From Bilabrum cf. latius (lineage: Eukaryota), in contig OZ237744.1 in the NCBI GenBank assembly GCA_965178125.1, forward strand, positions 310,001-374,000: a stretch of DNA of 64,000 bases, given 5' to 3'. Of this stretch, positions 24,301 to 37,439 are shown piece by piece (within the stretch, counting starts at the first letter, position 1; every line of letters begins with the position of its first letter). Made by a program: the position numbers and the translations under genes. The notes beneath the pieces are model-generated. The model saw nothing but the letters and a program-made list of their open reading frames with translations, was not told the origin of the DNA and ran no database searches.

Positions 24301-27300
24301 TCATCGTCAAGTCAACGCCATTGTGGCGTGTAGACTTGGTGTGCCTCGCGCTGCTTGGGCTGGCGCAAGTCGGCATTTTCCTCGCAGCACTCTACCTAGC
24401 ATCGTGTGTTGTTGGCTGCGTGCTACCAATGTCACTGCTAGTTTTCTTCCAAAGTGCACGAGCCGTGCACGGACTGCGCGTGTCGGATGCAGCCAGACAT
24501 ACCTTCTTGGTTCGGCCCGCCTCGAAGCTTCTGCAGTGCAGCGAGCTCGTTCTGGAAATGCTGCTAGGGCTGCCAGTCTAGTACGCCATAGTGATTGGAA
24601 AGGCATGTGTCATTTTCGCCTGGTATAGCGCCGGACTTTGTCTGTGCGCGCATTTTCTGGTATGTGTCGCGCTGCAGGCCTCGGCAGCGCCGTCGCTTGG
24701 TGCCAATTTCCTCGCGACTGCAACCGTATCGGCCTTGACTGGTGATTTAAATATCCTAGCCAGTGCGATTGCTTGGGGCTGCATATGGATTTAGATCGTG
24801 AATATGGTGCTTGTGCCGTGCAGGGCATTACTTAGAGACGGAATTGCGGATTGGATTGTGCCAGTCCCGGCTTCGCCAACCACGACGTGCAACCGTTGCC
24901 TGAGGACCACAACCAGCAAGCACGTATACGGGTCTCTCACCGCGTTGGTATCGATAGCTTTTGCAATGACGGTCTGCGTGTTGATCCCTTCCATGGTTCG
25001 GCAGGCAAGCATGCTTCCTGGTAGTACCGTGGAGCAGCTCGTCCGCGACCAACGATCACTCGTGCGTGAACTTGCCTTGAACGCATCCGCAAGCTGGGAA
25101 ACACAACTTGCAAATTCTTGGAATCAAGGGGATGCCAAGATCCTTCAGGCAGAGCACGATGAGAGAGTTGCAGGGTCTTTGCGACCATTGCAGTATGCCG
25201 CCTTACTAGTACCTGCAGAGGCAACGAAGCTACCGAATAGCACCGGATTCAGCGTCCAGAGCATACCCAAGGATATCTTGAAAAGGGACGGTGTAGTTAC
25301 GCTATTTGCTTTTTGGGAGGAGGACGGCCCCTCCGAGGTACAAAGTAGACACGATCGGCCCCTCATGCACAGCTCGCTCTCATCCGCCCGATCGAATCTC
25401 GAAGCCCTTGCAAAGGTGCAGTGGGAGGATAGCTTGGCGATGCGTGTTGCGGGTTTTGGCTAGCATGACGGGTCACCACCGCGTTTTTTGACATCGGTTC
25501 CCATCAGCCCACGCGGCTAGTAGGCACAAGGAGCGTATGATCATAATGGCGCTAGCTCGGCTGCATGCAGCCAAACACTGCGGCTTGCCATGCAGCTAGG
25601 ATATAGCGTGCCAAAGTTTGACCCCATCCATCCGTTCACCGCGCGCATACCTATTGTTGATGCAAAGCGTAGGCTTGCGTCAATTGGTCGAAGCACGACT
25701 GGATTTCCTCCAAAGATCGACTGGGCAAGCTACGAACAAGCGCTGGCAGGCTCCAAGCCGCGGGCCAGTGCCGCAAGTCGCAGCAGGTAGGATGGTGTGG
25801 TCGATCTGGACACATTTGTGCCTCCTTACCTTAGGTCCTCACTCGCGGAACACTTGCCGTACTGGTATCCTGGTCGAAGTTTGGTGCGCTCGGCACTCAA
25901 CGCTTCCGTCTTACCGATGGTTGCCTCGAATTCAACCCACGTCGACATGATCAGAGAGGAGCTGACTGCCTCGATCCGCTTGGCTGCCAGCCGATACGGA
26001 TGGAAATTCCGCAGGACGGGTGGATCCCCCATTCTTGACAACTGGAAGTCTCTTTCGCTGGACGTGCACCCTTCAGACTATGCTCTTGCGACAGTAGAGA
26101 ACATGTATGGCATGATGGTGCGGCTTGTGCACTTGGCTCAGCACGAGATCCTTCCAGAGGCGCAGGCCCTCTATGATGAGAGATACGCCGTCTTTGAGAG
26201 TGGTGCTGGTTTCTATGAGACTCTTCTAGGGCAGAATCTTACTTCTGACGCGAATGCTACGATGCAGGCATTCTGGGCATCGCTGCGTGCTCTCGATGAC
26301 ACTGGTATCCTCATCGACACCGCGCTCAAGTTGTCTGCATTTCTCAATGCCAGAAGCACCCAAGCCAGTCATACGGCGCAATCTGCTCCAGTTCCGCCAG
26401 GAGTCACAGCGCAAGACTACTAGAACTACTTGGTAGCGCTCGCTCACACCGACCCGCGCTGGGATGCCTGCGGAGGGACCGAGGATACCTCTGACAGGCT
26501 CGCACCATCTCATTCCGCTGCTTCTTGCGAACCAAGAGACTACTTCGGCTGGTCAACTTCTGAGCGGACTCGACTAGCCAAGGGCCGTAAATCCTAGGCG
26601 AGCTCCATGTCTCGACGGCTCTTGCACCGTGGTCGCGCCGCCGCCGGCAAGGCTGCCAGGGCGATTCTGTCTGACCTTCTGGCACAAGCACGGCAGCCGT
26701 CCAGCATGTATAGCCCGAGAACGCACCTGTCAACTCCAGATGCGCTGATTGATGCCATTGATGACGTTGTAGACGAAGGAACTACTGTGCAAATGAGCCT
26801 ATCGCAGGGTTTGCGACGTGCAGCGACACGAATAGAAACTGCCCTGCGGTGTGCCAGTGGCTCTGCGACTCCCAGCGACGATTGCAGCATCTCGATCTTT
26901 AGCCAAGCTCACGCCAAGGTGCGAGTCATCCGACCGATGAGACTAGCAAAGCATACAGAGAGCGGCCCACAAGGCAAACCGACAAGTGACTCTGGCTAGC
27001 TTGAAGATTTCAAGAACACCCCGCGCGCTGGTGTGATAGGCACAATCACAGAGCCGATGATGCCAAACGACGCTTGGGCTGCTATCGAGATGCAGCTTCG
27101 CAGATTCTTGGCAGCCGGCCGGAACCAGTCGCGGTTTTTGACATCTTCTCAGCAGTACGAAATTGGGACGTGGGATGTCTACGGGCAGCCGAACACGCGA
27201 AGCAGATTGCCCATGCTCACGGACAACAGCAGCACTGTATCCACGCGGCTGCATCCAGCCAAGATTGTAAGAAATTACACAGGACCATCCGTGCACTACC

Positions 27301-30300
27301 CAGTTGCGATAGCTCGCTCTGCCCGCTAGTTTGTCGGCAATCTCGACCAGGAAGGTCTCGCATCAGCAATCGGGACTCTTGGCGAACGCGTGGGTTTATC
27401 GAGAGAGAGCTTCAGACGTGCTGTAGTTTTGCGTGGCACCGTGCTTGCAGATATCCCTCAATCAATTGGAGTTAACGAAGGGGTGAGATCGAAGTCGACG
27501 AGCGCCGCTGCGAGCAAGCAAGCCACAGTTCTGTCTCCAGGTGAGCAGCATTTGGAGTCGCTCAAAGCCACGGATGTCATGTGGATAGATGCTAAAAAGC
27601 GAAACCTAGAGGAGTTTTTCGGGTGCAACGAACCGGTCAGGGCAGCAACCACCACGGCACGACAGCAATTCCAGCCTACCTGTGCAGCTGGCGTGGTAAG
27701 CTACGGTCCGCACTTGGTGAAAGGAAACTGTCTGGCCAGACTGTCTACGCTTCGACAAGTTGCCGGAGACGAGACTCCCGTCATTATTCCCAGAGTCTCA
27801 CGTGATACCCCGCAGTGGCGCGGCAGGTCATTTCTGTTTGCTTATGCGAGAAGCACTTTTGTCTTGATCGGAAATTTCAGCTGGAGGGTTGGGACTGCAT
27901 CGGCTAGGGTGGGCATCCCTTTTCGAGGTGTATTTAGCAGGCTTGCTCGCAGGCTTGGCGCCGTCATTGACTTCGGCAGCTAGATTCACCCAGATCTGCT
28001 GGCCAGCATGCACAGCAGCGACTACCAGTTGCTGGCATACGCCATTCTGATCGCTCTGTACATTATCCCTGGGCTAGCGATGTGGTCACAAACCGTCATT
28101 TCGTGGGCATTTGAAACGATGGGTTGCTTGTTTTGCGTGTAGGATGTGTTGCTTCCGCCTGTCAATGTGTTGCGGGCACGCGCACCGGAGGTCATTGTGC
28201 GCTTGCCCTCCACACCCGGTCCTGCGGAGCAGCTCGACCCGCAAGGATCCGCTTCATCAGGTGTAGATGTTGCCGCCGCTGCTCCGACCAAGATTGAATC
28301 GTTCGTGCACTCTGGCATCTCTGCTTCCAAGGCAGACAGACTGCTGCCCGGAACTCTAAAAGAAAGCAGTGTGCTCGTCAAGGCGCGAGACATCGCCAAT
28401 TTTGGCAATTCTGCGGCTGAATGTGGTGCTGTGAGTGAGATCCGTGTCCCTGCATGCTCCGTGGAGGTACAAGTGTTCGGAACCATGAATCGTCTGGCAA
28501 AGGCGTTGGTAGACGTGGAACGACGCAAAATCCTGCAGGAAGTTGCCATGAGGCCGCGTCACTATAGGGAACTTGCTGCGCGAGGCGTCACCCCCAGCTA
28601 GAGCATCAAGCAACTGAGATACGGGCAGATGGTCAGGGCCAGAAAGCTGTCTGCGGCGTCGCCCCACTTCAACGGTGACAGCAAGCTGCAGCAAGAGTTC
28701 TGGCAAACCCCGCACCGAAAGAGTATCTCGCGGCACGAGCCAATGATAGTGGATGTCATCGTCGGCCGGAATCTTGTACGCAAATGGTACAGGCACCTCA
28801 GAGCCCCCAACCGCTCGATGTACGGTCACAGGCAGTCAGATGTGTACGACTACGCTGTCCAAGCCAAGCAGTAGGACCATTATATCGTGCGGGCACCGGC
28901 TGGAAAGCGGGCCAGAAAGCTCGCTCAGAAGTCGTTACAGGTTCTTTCGGAACTCGAATCTGGTTTACCAAAGCCTCACAGAGGCACTCCTGCGGCATAT
29001 ACGGCGCCTATCGACGAGAACCACCGAGCTGTGTTGAAGCCGGCTGTAGGCCATCCGAAAGGTACCGGAGAAAACACGGAGTCGCAATCAGCAGCTACTC
29101 CAGATTTTTGTGAACTTGATGCTACTACTGGCGCAGAGAGCGAGGCATTGGAGACGGTGTTCGCAATGGCTGCCGCAACTGAGCTGCGCAAACGAAGGAT
29201 GAATCGTGCTACGAGACTCGCGGCAAAGCGGGCCCGCGAGCACCGCAGACAAGCCAAGACAGGATCGGCGAGACATGGTGCAAAACCAAGGTTTCAAGCT
29301 AATTTAAGTTCATCCCAAGTGCATGGACCGTCTGGTTCGGATCTCTCTGGCTCGGATTCCTCTGATGGCGATAGCCTCCGGGCTACTCGCAGCCTACTGT
29401 CGAAGCCACGAGGTGCCTCGACGCCAAAGAGGTCTGTCTCTCGGAAACGCAGACGTATGGCAAATCATCGCAAAGAGCAGAGCAGGAGCAGCAGCAAGAG
29501 CGACTCAGACGATTCATTCATGCATCCGTCGGGCGCAGCTGGCAACGAGCACTTGAGCGGCCACCCACCAACATCGTAGGGAGCTGCAGCCACCTCAGGC
29601 AGCTCTCTGCACTTGCCTGCTCTCGGTCGATACCCGCTGTCCCGACTGCCTTCGCCCGGTACGGCTGACTTCTATGCGATGGGCATGGGAGTCACAAAGG
29701 TGGACGTTTCTACGCTCGGTCGTATGGATCTCTCAGCCGATGAGACAGAAGACTCAGAGGCGTGCTTTGATGAGTACATGGATGCCTCAACGGTCCCAAG
29801 CAAGTCTCAGCTGCGGTCAAGTTCGAGAGCCGCCCGGCTGCTTCCGTTGCCGAAGAGGTACCCTGCCATGAAGCGCTCGAAGGCGAAGTCGAAAGGTAAC
29901 CTACGCGCAGGCAAGTCGTCACAAGCTGATCCGTCGGGCGAAAAGCCAGCTCCTGATGCATCGGAAAGGTCGGCTCGGGGAGCTGTATGTGCTGCTAGTG
30001 ACGGTGATCATGGGCCATCTGGTGAAGGGAATAGCGAATCAGGACTCATTGCAGGGACAGATGCAGGTACAGAGTCAGGTACAGGTACAGGTAAAGGTAC
30101 AAGGGCGGGGGTAGCGGCAAGTGCAGCAGACTCGGCCGGCAATTAGAATGACGTTGCTACCGATCATACCGACGATGGCATGGACGCCTAGGATGGGATT
30201 GAAGCTGGACAAGCAGAGCCGATTCAGGAGGCTGAACCAGCGGAGGCCGGTGACGATTTCGGACAAGATCCTCATGCAGGTTTCATTGCTTGGCTCATTC

Positions 30301-33300
30301 GAATCATCAATGAGCATCCTGCTCTAGATTACCCTTTCCGCATTTTCCTGCTAGTCCTTTCTTTTTCGCTCAGCATATTCACTTGGATCCTTGAGTGGAT
30401 TATATGGTGTCTCAAGCTGATTCTAGCTCCTCTTGAGGATGAGAATGCCTAGAATGGCCCGGAAGCAGCCGGGGGAGCTGGTCAGCCTGGTCCAGGAGCA
30501 AATGCTAGAGACGGTCGCAGAGCTGTCGAGCTCGAGCGTGCTGCTCGGATGGTGGAAGCCGCGATCGAGCGGGCCCAACTAGAACCTGATGCAGCTGCGC
30601 GAGCGCGTGCCATCGTGAGACGAGAACTGGAGAGGGCACGGGCGGCAGACAGGTAGACCAAGCCCAAGAAACGGCGACTATCCTTTGGCGACTGGCCTAG
30701 CGATTTAGAATCAGAGCCGGAAGACGACGATCAAGATGAAGATTCGTAGAAGGCAGAAATAGAGGTTGAGGAAAGTGATGGTCAGGATGGAGATTCGAAG
30801 AAGACAGCGACCGACGGAGAGGACAGCGCTGTGAGCGGTGCAGCTAGCACAATTCCAGAAGATCTGGAGGAGGAAGGGGGCGCAGGCAGCTTGCAGCTAC
30901 ACGATACAAGTGCATTTGCAACTGAAACGCGTCCTACTGACGGAGTTGCGAGAGCTTCTGATTCATTGAGCACAAAACAAGGCTAGGACGAACCAGGGAT
31001 CTTGTCAGTAGAGACTAGTGCAAGGGACGACAGGCCGAAGGCAGCTGCGGCCGATGACACGGTGAAAGAAGTGGAGGATCGCGATCTAGCAGTTGGTGCA
31101 GCGCAGGGGAAGGCGAATGACCCCAACGTCAAGCAGAGTGCCGGTGCTGTGTCGGCAGCTCGCTCGGTCGCTGCCAAGCTCCGCAAGAAGCACCCCGCAC
31201 TCGCACTGGAGATCAACCGAATACTCGCGAAGTCTGGATCGAGCTGTTCACCGCCCCCACTCCGTTCAAGAATGGTCATCGAGGCCCCTATCTGGCAAAG
31301 AGAGCTCTACACCTACTATGTGCAGAGATAGGTGGCACTTCGGACCCTGTACGGAGGGGCTGACACCTTGGATCTCATGTGGGACGCAAGAACTGTTGGA
31401 AAGTACAATATACCCGACTAGGCTCGTATCGAGAGGGAAGTCATCGAAGGGCTTGCTGACCGGTCTACTGATTCCAGTAGCAGCAGAAGTGGCACTGATT
31501 CTGAATCCGAGAACGATGCGTTGAAATCAAAGAGGCTTGGTTCAGGCACAGTGTCGCGCCCCCCCAGATCGCTGAGGCTCCTCAAGCGCCTCGTTGAGAA
31601 GAAGTGCGAGCTGGATGCCGTGGCGAATGCATCGGCGTTGCCCTTTCATCCTCCTGTCAGCAAGTCGAAGCTGCTTTGGAAAGCACGTGCGGCTGAGATT
31701 GAGAAGCGGCGTAGGGCGAAGCAGGCTAGGGCGGATAGAGAGATGCGATAGCGAGCTGATGGACACTTGGACGACCAAGATCAGGGTATCGGCGCCGGAG
31801 AACAGGTGGCTGCAGGTGTTGCTGAGCCTGGTGCTCACGCCCAGGACGAGGAGGACCTGGCTTGGGCGGGTTTGGATGGTGATGGTGATGGCGATGGGGA
31901 TGGGGACGCCAGCGATGGTGATGCTAGCGATGACACTCCGATGGATACAGTGTATGGGCTGCACAGCGCGGCGTCGCACGAAGATGCTCGAGGAGCGGCA
32001 GACCCCGCCGTTGCGGCAGATGGCTCTTGCAAGAGCACTGACGACGATGATTTCTGTAATCAAGGTGGTGCAGATGAGATCGAGAACCGGCCATCTAACG
32101 ACAGCGCAGCTGGCACTGCTGTGCCTGCGGAACTCGGCAAGAGACACAAAAAAGCAGCCAGTGCCGCCGCTGAAGACAATGGTGATGGGTCGTGGAATGG
32201 CGGAGACGTTCATGATGGTGATGCCAATGACGAAGACGCTGCTGTCGGTGGTCGCGATGGTGATATGGACGTGCACCAGGACGAGTATCGTGAGGACGAG
32301 GAGGATGTCCAGGACGGCGATGCAGCCCCCGCGGATCATCCAGACCAAGCACCTCCCCTTGACGACGTGTTTGGTGCCCTGGAGCTTCCGGATGGCTACA
32401 AGGGCCTGATCGGGTTCGACCGGCAGAACAGGTCAGACGACGAGGACATGCACAGCGACGGTGTCGCAAGTGAGGCTAGCCGAGACTCGTGGTTCGACGA
32501 CATGCCTCCCGGTCCTCATGACGCGCAAGACCCCGGCATCCCGCACGACATGGCAGGATTAGGTGGGCCACGGGTGGGTGCTGGCGGTGTCGTCGTGCTG
32601 GATTTGAATGAGCACCTTGCGGATGTCGACGGCCAGGCTCAGCATGAAGCGGAGCAAGGCGGTGATGATGACGACGACGCATCTAGCTCTACCTCCTCTG
32701 ATTCTGATAGGAATGAAGGTGAAGACTCTAGCAGTGTCCCTCAGGACGCACTAGCAGCTCGGCACAAATCAGAGATAGGTGACCCAGAAGACAGTGGTGA
32801 CGAATCAGCTCAGGTCGAGGAGGCGGCAGGTGATGCAGGTTCAAACGGCATTGCCAGCAGGCGATCTTCCTCATACCATAGCGGCAGGGCTCCAACCAGT
32901 CTGAGCAGTCACAATACGCCCACCTAGTAGGAGCAGGGGTCACAGGGGTCCTCCGATCACTCGGCTAGCTAGCAATCGGTTGAGCCCGCAGACCCCCCCC
33001 TGCCTGAGTCTCCCCGTCTGCTGTCGCGCAATTCTGACCGTAGCGATGCGCTCAGTCTACCCACAGTGCGAAGCGACAGCCCGGGAGATACGTTGGAGGG
33101 ACGAGAGCTTGGATTGGTGGGTGCGGTTGCGTCAGGGAGTGCCGAGGGCGAGCACGTCAGCGACAGCGACCTTCCAACCAGCGACCACCGTCGTTGTATT
33201 GCGGATTCAGCGGCACTCGCTGGGCTCATTGAAGGCCAGCGGTTCCGTACGATTGAAAGTGACCGGTAGCTGGGGTCCAGAACTACTGTGGCTGATCTGC

Positions 33301-35171
33301 CGCCGCCTAGGCCAAACCCGAAATGGTACTACACTCCCAGCGCCTTGGAGAGATCGATCGACACCAGCTTTCCCATCAGCAAGGGAGCACAGGACAAGAT
33401 CCGCAGCAGACGGTTCCATGAGCTCGTTCCTCACGGTGCGGTCTCGCAGAAGATAACACAGATGCCTTCAGGAGTCCTCGCTAGGGTTGCTCTGCGAGTG
33501 GAGAAAGAGTTGCGTGAGTCTGTTCCGAAGAGAAAGAGTTCGGGCGCGTCGTTGCGTAGGAGAAGTCTCACCCCCGACACTAAGAGGTCGGGAAACGATG
33601 TATCGAACATTTGGATATCCTTTTGCAAGCATGGGTTCAAGCTGCTGCGATACTCTGTGATGCTGCCTCTGATGGCCTTGTGTCTCGTCCTGCTGGCGCC
33701 TTTGCTGAGCGGGTTGGGAGTGCGGACTATGCAGGTAGTTGGTAGGCTGACGATTTCGGTCGCTGGCCCTCTTTCGCAAGATTACGACGCTATTCAGCCA
33801 ATGTCTTTGCTTGTCGGGTTAGTTGTTGCATCGGTTGCAACAAGGTGCATATATGACATGTGCTTTTCTGTGTGCCTTGCTGTGGGGTCCTTTGCCAGGC
33901 GAGTATCCTTCCAGTGTCTCCTGCGGCAAAGGGGTTGCAGCCTGTCCATGACTCGGGCGGTGCTATTTTGCTGCTGGCCGCTGGCTGAGAGCATGTGGCT
34001 GCAGAGCATCCGCAACTAGCTCTTGGTGCACTTTGGAAACCGCCCGCCTCGCCGTATGGGCCTTGGCAGGCTACTATGGATGCTCGCCCAGACGTTTATG
34101 CTGCTTGTGGCGGCCCCAATGGCAATAGGCTGCATCATTATGCGTGCAATTTACAAGGAGAATTGGCTCGCCGTGCTAGTCTTCTTGCCAGGGGGGCACA
34201 GCAGCCCTGGGATGGGCCGCCTGCGGGACGAGTTCTGGAGACAGCAGCCGGACCTTGTTGCGATAGGTGGTACCACCACTCAATGGCTGCATGACTGGGG
34301 CATCATGGGGTCACCCGATGCTCAAGATCATCCGTTATGGTCAGTGCAGTGGGAAGTGCTCGTTGCCCTGTTTGTCGCATGGATGGTGGGTACGGTTGTA
34401 GTGTATGCGCTGTCAATACCCGGCATTGTGCCAGTGGCTGACGTCCTTTATTTGCGGTCTGCCGTTCCAGAGTGCGTAGTCGCTGCTTTTGCTGCCTTCG
34501 GTGTGATTGCCATGGTGGCTAGCCGTCCACTCGACCCGGTGGACTTTTTGTCATCGCCAGCAGGACAGGTGCCTGGTACGGTCGCACCTGATTACGCCAG
34601 CGACGCGATCCCAACCCCGGTGCCAGAGGTATCCAGTGCGAACACCACGAGTCTATTGTAGGATAATCTATCGGCTCAGGGGGGGGATGGCTCTTCTATT
34701 GACGCTGCTCCTGCACCGGGCTCACTGGTGGCCACTGCCCTCTACGTGTTCAGCGTGCTTGACTGGCCCGCACAGGTTTAGAAGGGGCTGGTGCCAGCCT
34801 GGCAATGGCTAAGCGGGCTTGATCTTGGCAAAGATATGTCGGTTGAGGTAGCTGCCTACCTGGCCGAGCAGGATGGGACCTTGAACGCTGCATAGCTGCC
34901 CTGGGGCAAGCCTCCTCTTGATGCAGCGGTCGCTACACTGGTGCCTGGGTTGCGGGTCCTATTTCGGTTGGGGTACACGGTGGGGGCGTACGGGCTGGCT
35001 GCTTTTGTGCTTTGGTTTGCGTTCAGCTCGCAGCTGAAGCAAGTGCACGACTACTTTTACGACCAGCTGTATCTCAAGGGGAGGTCTGTCAAGGAGATGC
35101 CTGACAAGGCCCGCAAATGGCTGAGGAAGAAGATGGAAGAAGATAGCCCAAGGGCTCTGCTGGGGGACTAA
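21320..35171 (+). CDS. Giant RING-CH (RINGv) multi-pass membrane E3 ligase, MARCH6/Doa10-like (~4587 aa)
   Basis: N-terminal CRIC...LIRPCLCTGSSGYVHSECLEEW...CDTC is completed by intron 21505-21592. Exon 2 (21593-35171) has no in-frame TAA/TGA until TAA 35169. Several hydrophobic blocks. C-terminal VHDYFYDQLYLKGRSVKE resembles the MARCH6/Doa10 C-terminal element (IKNDKYLVGQRL). Confidence 0.8.
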
Positions 35172-35303
35172 AAGGATGTACTTGGTATTCAATTTTCGTC
35201 AGATGATTGCAACGACTGTATACAGTTATAGAATACATTAAGACTCAACAGTGTGCCTGACATCGCAGCAATGCCATGAAATGTATACAACGACACTGGA
35301 CGC

Positions 35304-36575
35304 TCAGCTCAATGCAATCTCGCTGCGGTGATGCCCGACCTCAGCGATGGCGCACTTCATCGGAGCAGTGAGTCCTCTTGGGGCCATCAGCCCGTGTGCT
35401 TCGACAAAACAGCTCGGTATGTAGATGGCAGCCGCGCCGCCGCGCCTCTCGGCTGAAGCCGATGTCGGCAAAGTAGCCATTGCTTCCTCCTTCTCCCCCT
35501 GCCTCGGGGCAGAAGAAGAGACTGCCAGTGATGCTGCACCCACGGAATCGCACGCATCACTACTCGCGGTCGCTGGCCCCTTGCTGCTGCGAGCACCAGC
35601 ACTTGCACTGAGTGCCCCCAGAGAAGCTGGCCCCGTGCTGCCTGCCCCTGCATCAGGTGGTACTTTTGCTGATTGTGATTGCGCGATCGTGTCTCGAACT
35701 TTCAGGTCAGTACGCTTTTCGTGTTCTGACGACTCTTTCGTATGGCCTGCTCCTGTTCCTGCCCCCGTGACTCCTTGTTTTGCAGCTGTGCTTGCTGGGC
35801 TAGATGTGGAAGACGATGGAACGATCGCTCCTGCTCCATCTGCACAGCCCGATAATGCAGAAGATGGAGCAATTGAGGATAAACACTGACCGGGTTCTTC
35901 ATCTTGCCATATCTCGGCGAGTGCGATCGCCTTGGGGTGGCTGCTCCACGCGAAGGAGACGTGAGGGCAGTGGCCGGGGTATGCGGGTGGACAGCCAAGG
36001 GCCCGACAATGCGCCGAAACGCGATCCGCAAGAGCAACAGCCTGTTCTTTGTACCCTCTGAGACCCAAGCCAAGAAACACTTTGGACCTGTCGTCGTTTA
36101 GGAAAACCATCGGACGCGGGTCTAAGGAGGCTGCCCTTGCCAAGCCATGCCTTGTCGTACAGGCAGCATGCAGCCGTGGGAGGACCTATTGTACGATGTG
36201 GCTTCGAACTGAAAATGGTCGGCACAGTGAAATGTGGGCCGCAGCTCTCGAATCCACCACAATGGAAGCAGTTGAGGCGATATCTATGACATGCCATTGC
36301 ACTGTCGCGAGCCGTGCTTGTTCGAAAAAAGCTTTGAAGCACATGTTTCGCCACTTAGCGACCGCAGCAATAGTACGATTATTCATTATCCAGGGAATCC
36401 AAGCAGCAACTGCAAATGAAGCGGGGGTTTTGGACAGTGGTTGGGCTGCCAGTATACGCCTCTTCTTTGGTATCCCTCCGGCTTCACCTGCACCTCGATC
36501 GCGTTTCGTGCCTAAAGATGCAACGCCGCAACTGTCGTCATCTGATGAGCTTTCATACACACCTAAAGCGTCCAT
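35304..36575 (-). CDS. USB1: U6 snRNA phosphodiesterase USB1-like (2H phosphoesterase)
   Basis: N-terminal ALGVYESSSDDD, two HxS motifs (AHISLCR, PHVSFAW), VFLNDDRSKVFLGL. ORFs 36186..36719 and 35304..36143 are in frame across TAG 36186. Ends at TGA. Confidence 0.8.
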
Positions 36576-36683
36576 CCAGTGCGGTTGAAATTTTGTCGGG
36601 CGTTTTGCAGTACAATGCAGTACAGTTTGGCTTCGTGAACGTTCTTCGCAGGGCTCACCAACAAGATTTCCATTATTGTGAAT
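36576..36683. promoter_or_regulatory. 108-bp bidirectional promoter with HSE-like TTCnnGAAnnTTC
   Basis: Lies between divergent ATGs at 36575 and 36684 and contains TTCgtGAAcgTTC at 36632-36644. Confidence 0.5.
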
Positions 36684-37439
36684 ATGGCCGGCGATAAGCG
36701 CCAAATCCCTTGGAAACAACTGTCTGTATCGAAATCATGGTCTCCTGATGATGTTTGGTCGGAGGAAACGGGTCTATCTCCCACGTGGAGAATGTTCTTG
36801 CTTGGTGATGGGAGCCCGACAAGACACCTACGGCTGTTAACAGGATCCAAGACTGAGGTTGATGTTCTTGGGATGCTACCAGTAGGGAAGGATAGCTGTG
36901 GTGCTCCATTAGAGGTGGAGCAGGTCGCCAGTCCCTGGCTTTTAAGGCAGGTCTTCTTGCGAAATAGCCGAGGCGAACGCCTGGGCTATGCAGCATCGTG
37001 GTGGAATGAGGAAGAAGTTAAGCGATATCTCGAGGACACATCAATACCAATATGGCTGTCCCTCGCAAAGCACAAGGTTGAAATATTTCGAGAGATTTGC
37101 GGGCTGTGCGAGGGCACCAACGAATGGCTCGCGAAATCGTTTGGGTACGACGGCCCCTTCTTTGGCAGGCACTACGTCTTCTGGCACGACAAAAAGCCAC
37201 TAACTCTCATATACGAAGTATTTTCTCCCCATTTGGAACGGTACCTCGGCCCAGTGCGAGCACCAGGGCCCAGCCCCTGCCTTGGCCCAGCCACGTCATC
37301 ATCAGAGGCTGCCTTCGCCGGCGCTTCGCTTCCAGACATCTCGCTGGCACCCGCGGAGGAACAGGAAGCAAAATCGAGCGATCTAGTAACAGGAGAACCC
37401 AGCTCTCCTGCCACCGGTCGAAGCTCCGGGACGTCGTGA
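36684..37439 (+). CDS. ycf21: Ycf21/DUF98-type chorismate pyruvate-lyase (cyanobacterial UbiC-like)
   Basis: LLGDGSPTRHLRLLTG, RQVFLR..GERLGYAASWW, PIWLSL, GPFFGRHYVFWHDKKPLTLIYEVFSP closely match the cyanobacterial/red-plastid Ycf21 family as I recall it. Intronless, no TAG, ends at TGA. Confidence 0.85.
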   Translation: MAGDKRQIPWKQLSVSKSWSPDDVWSEETGLSPTWRMFLLGDGSPTRHLRLLTGSKTEVDVLGMLPVGKDSCGAPLEVEQVASPWLLRQVFLRNSRGERLGYAASWWNEEEVKRYLEDTSIPIWLSLAKHKVEIFREICGLCEGTNEWLAKSFGYDGPFFGRHYVFWHDKKPLTLIYEVFSPHLERYLGPVRAPGPSPCLGPATSSSEAAFAGASLPDISLAPAEEQEAKSSDLVTGEPSSPATGRSSGTS

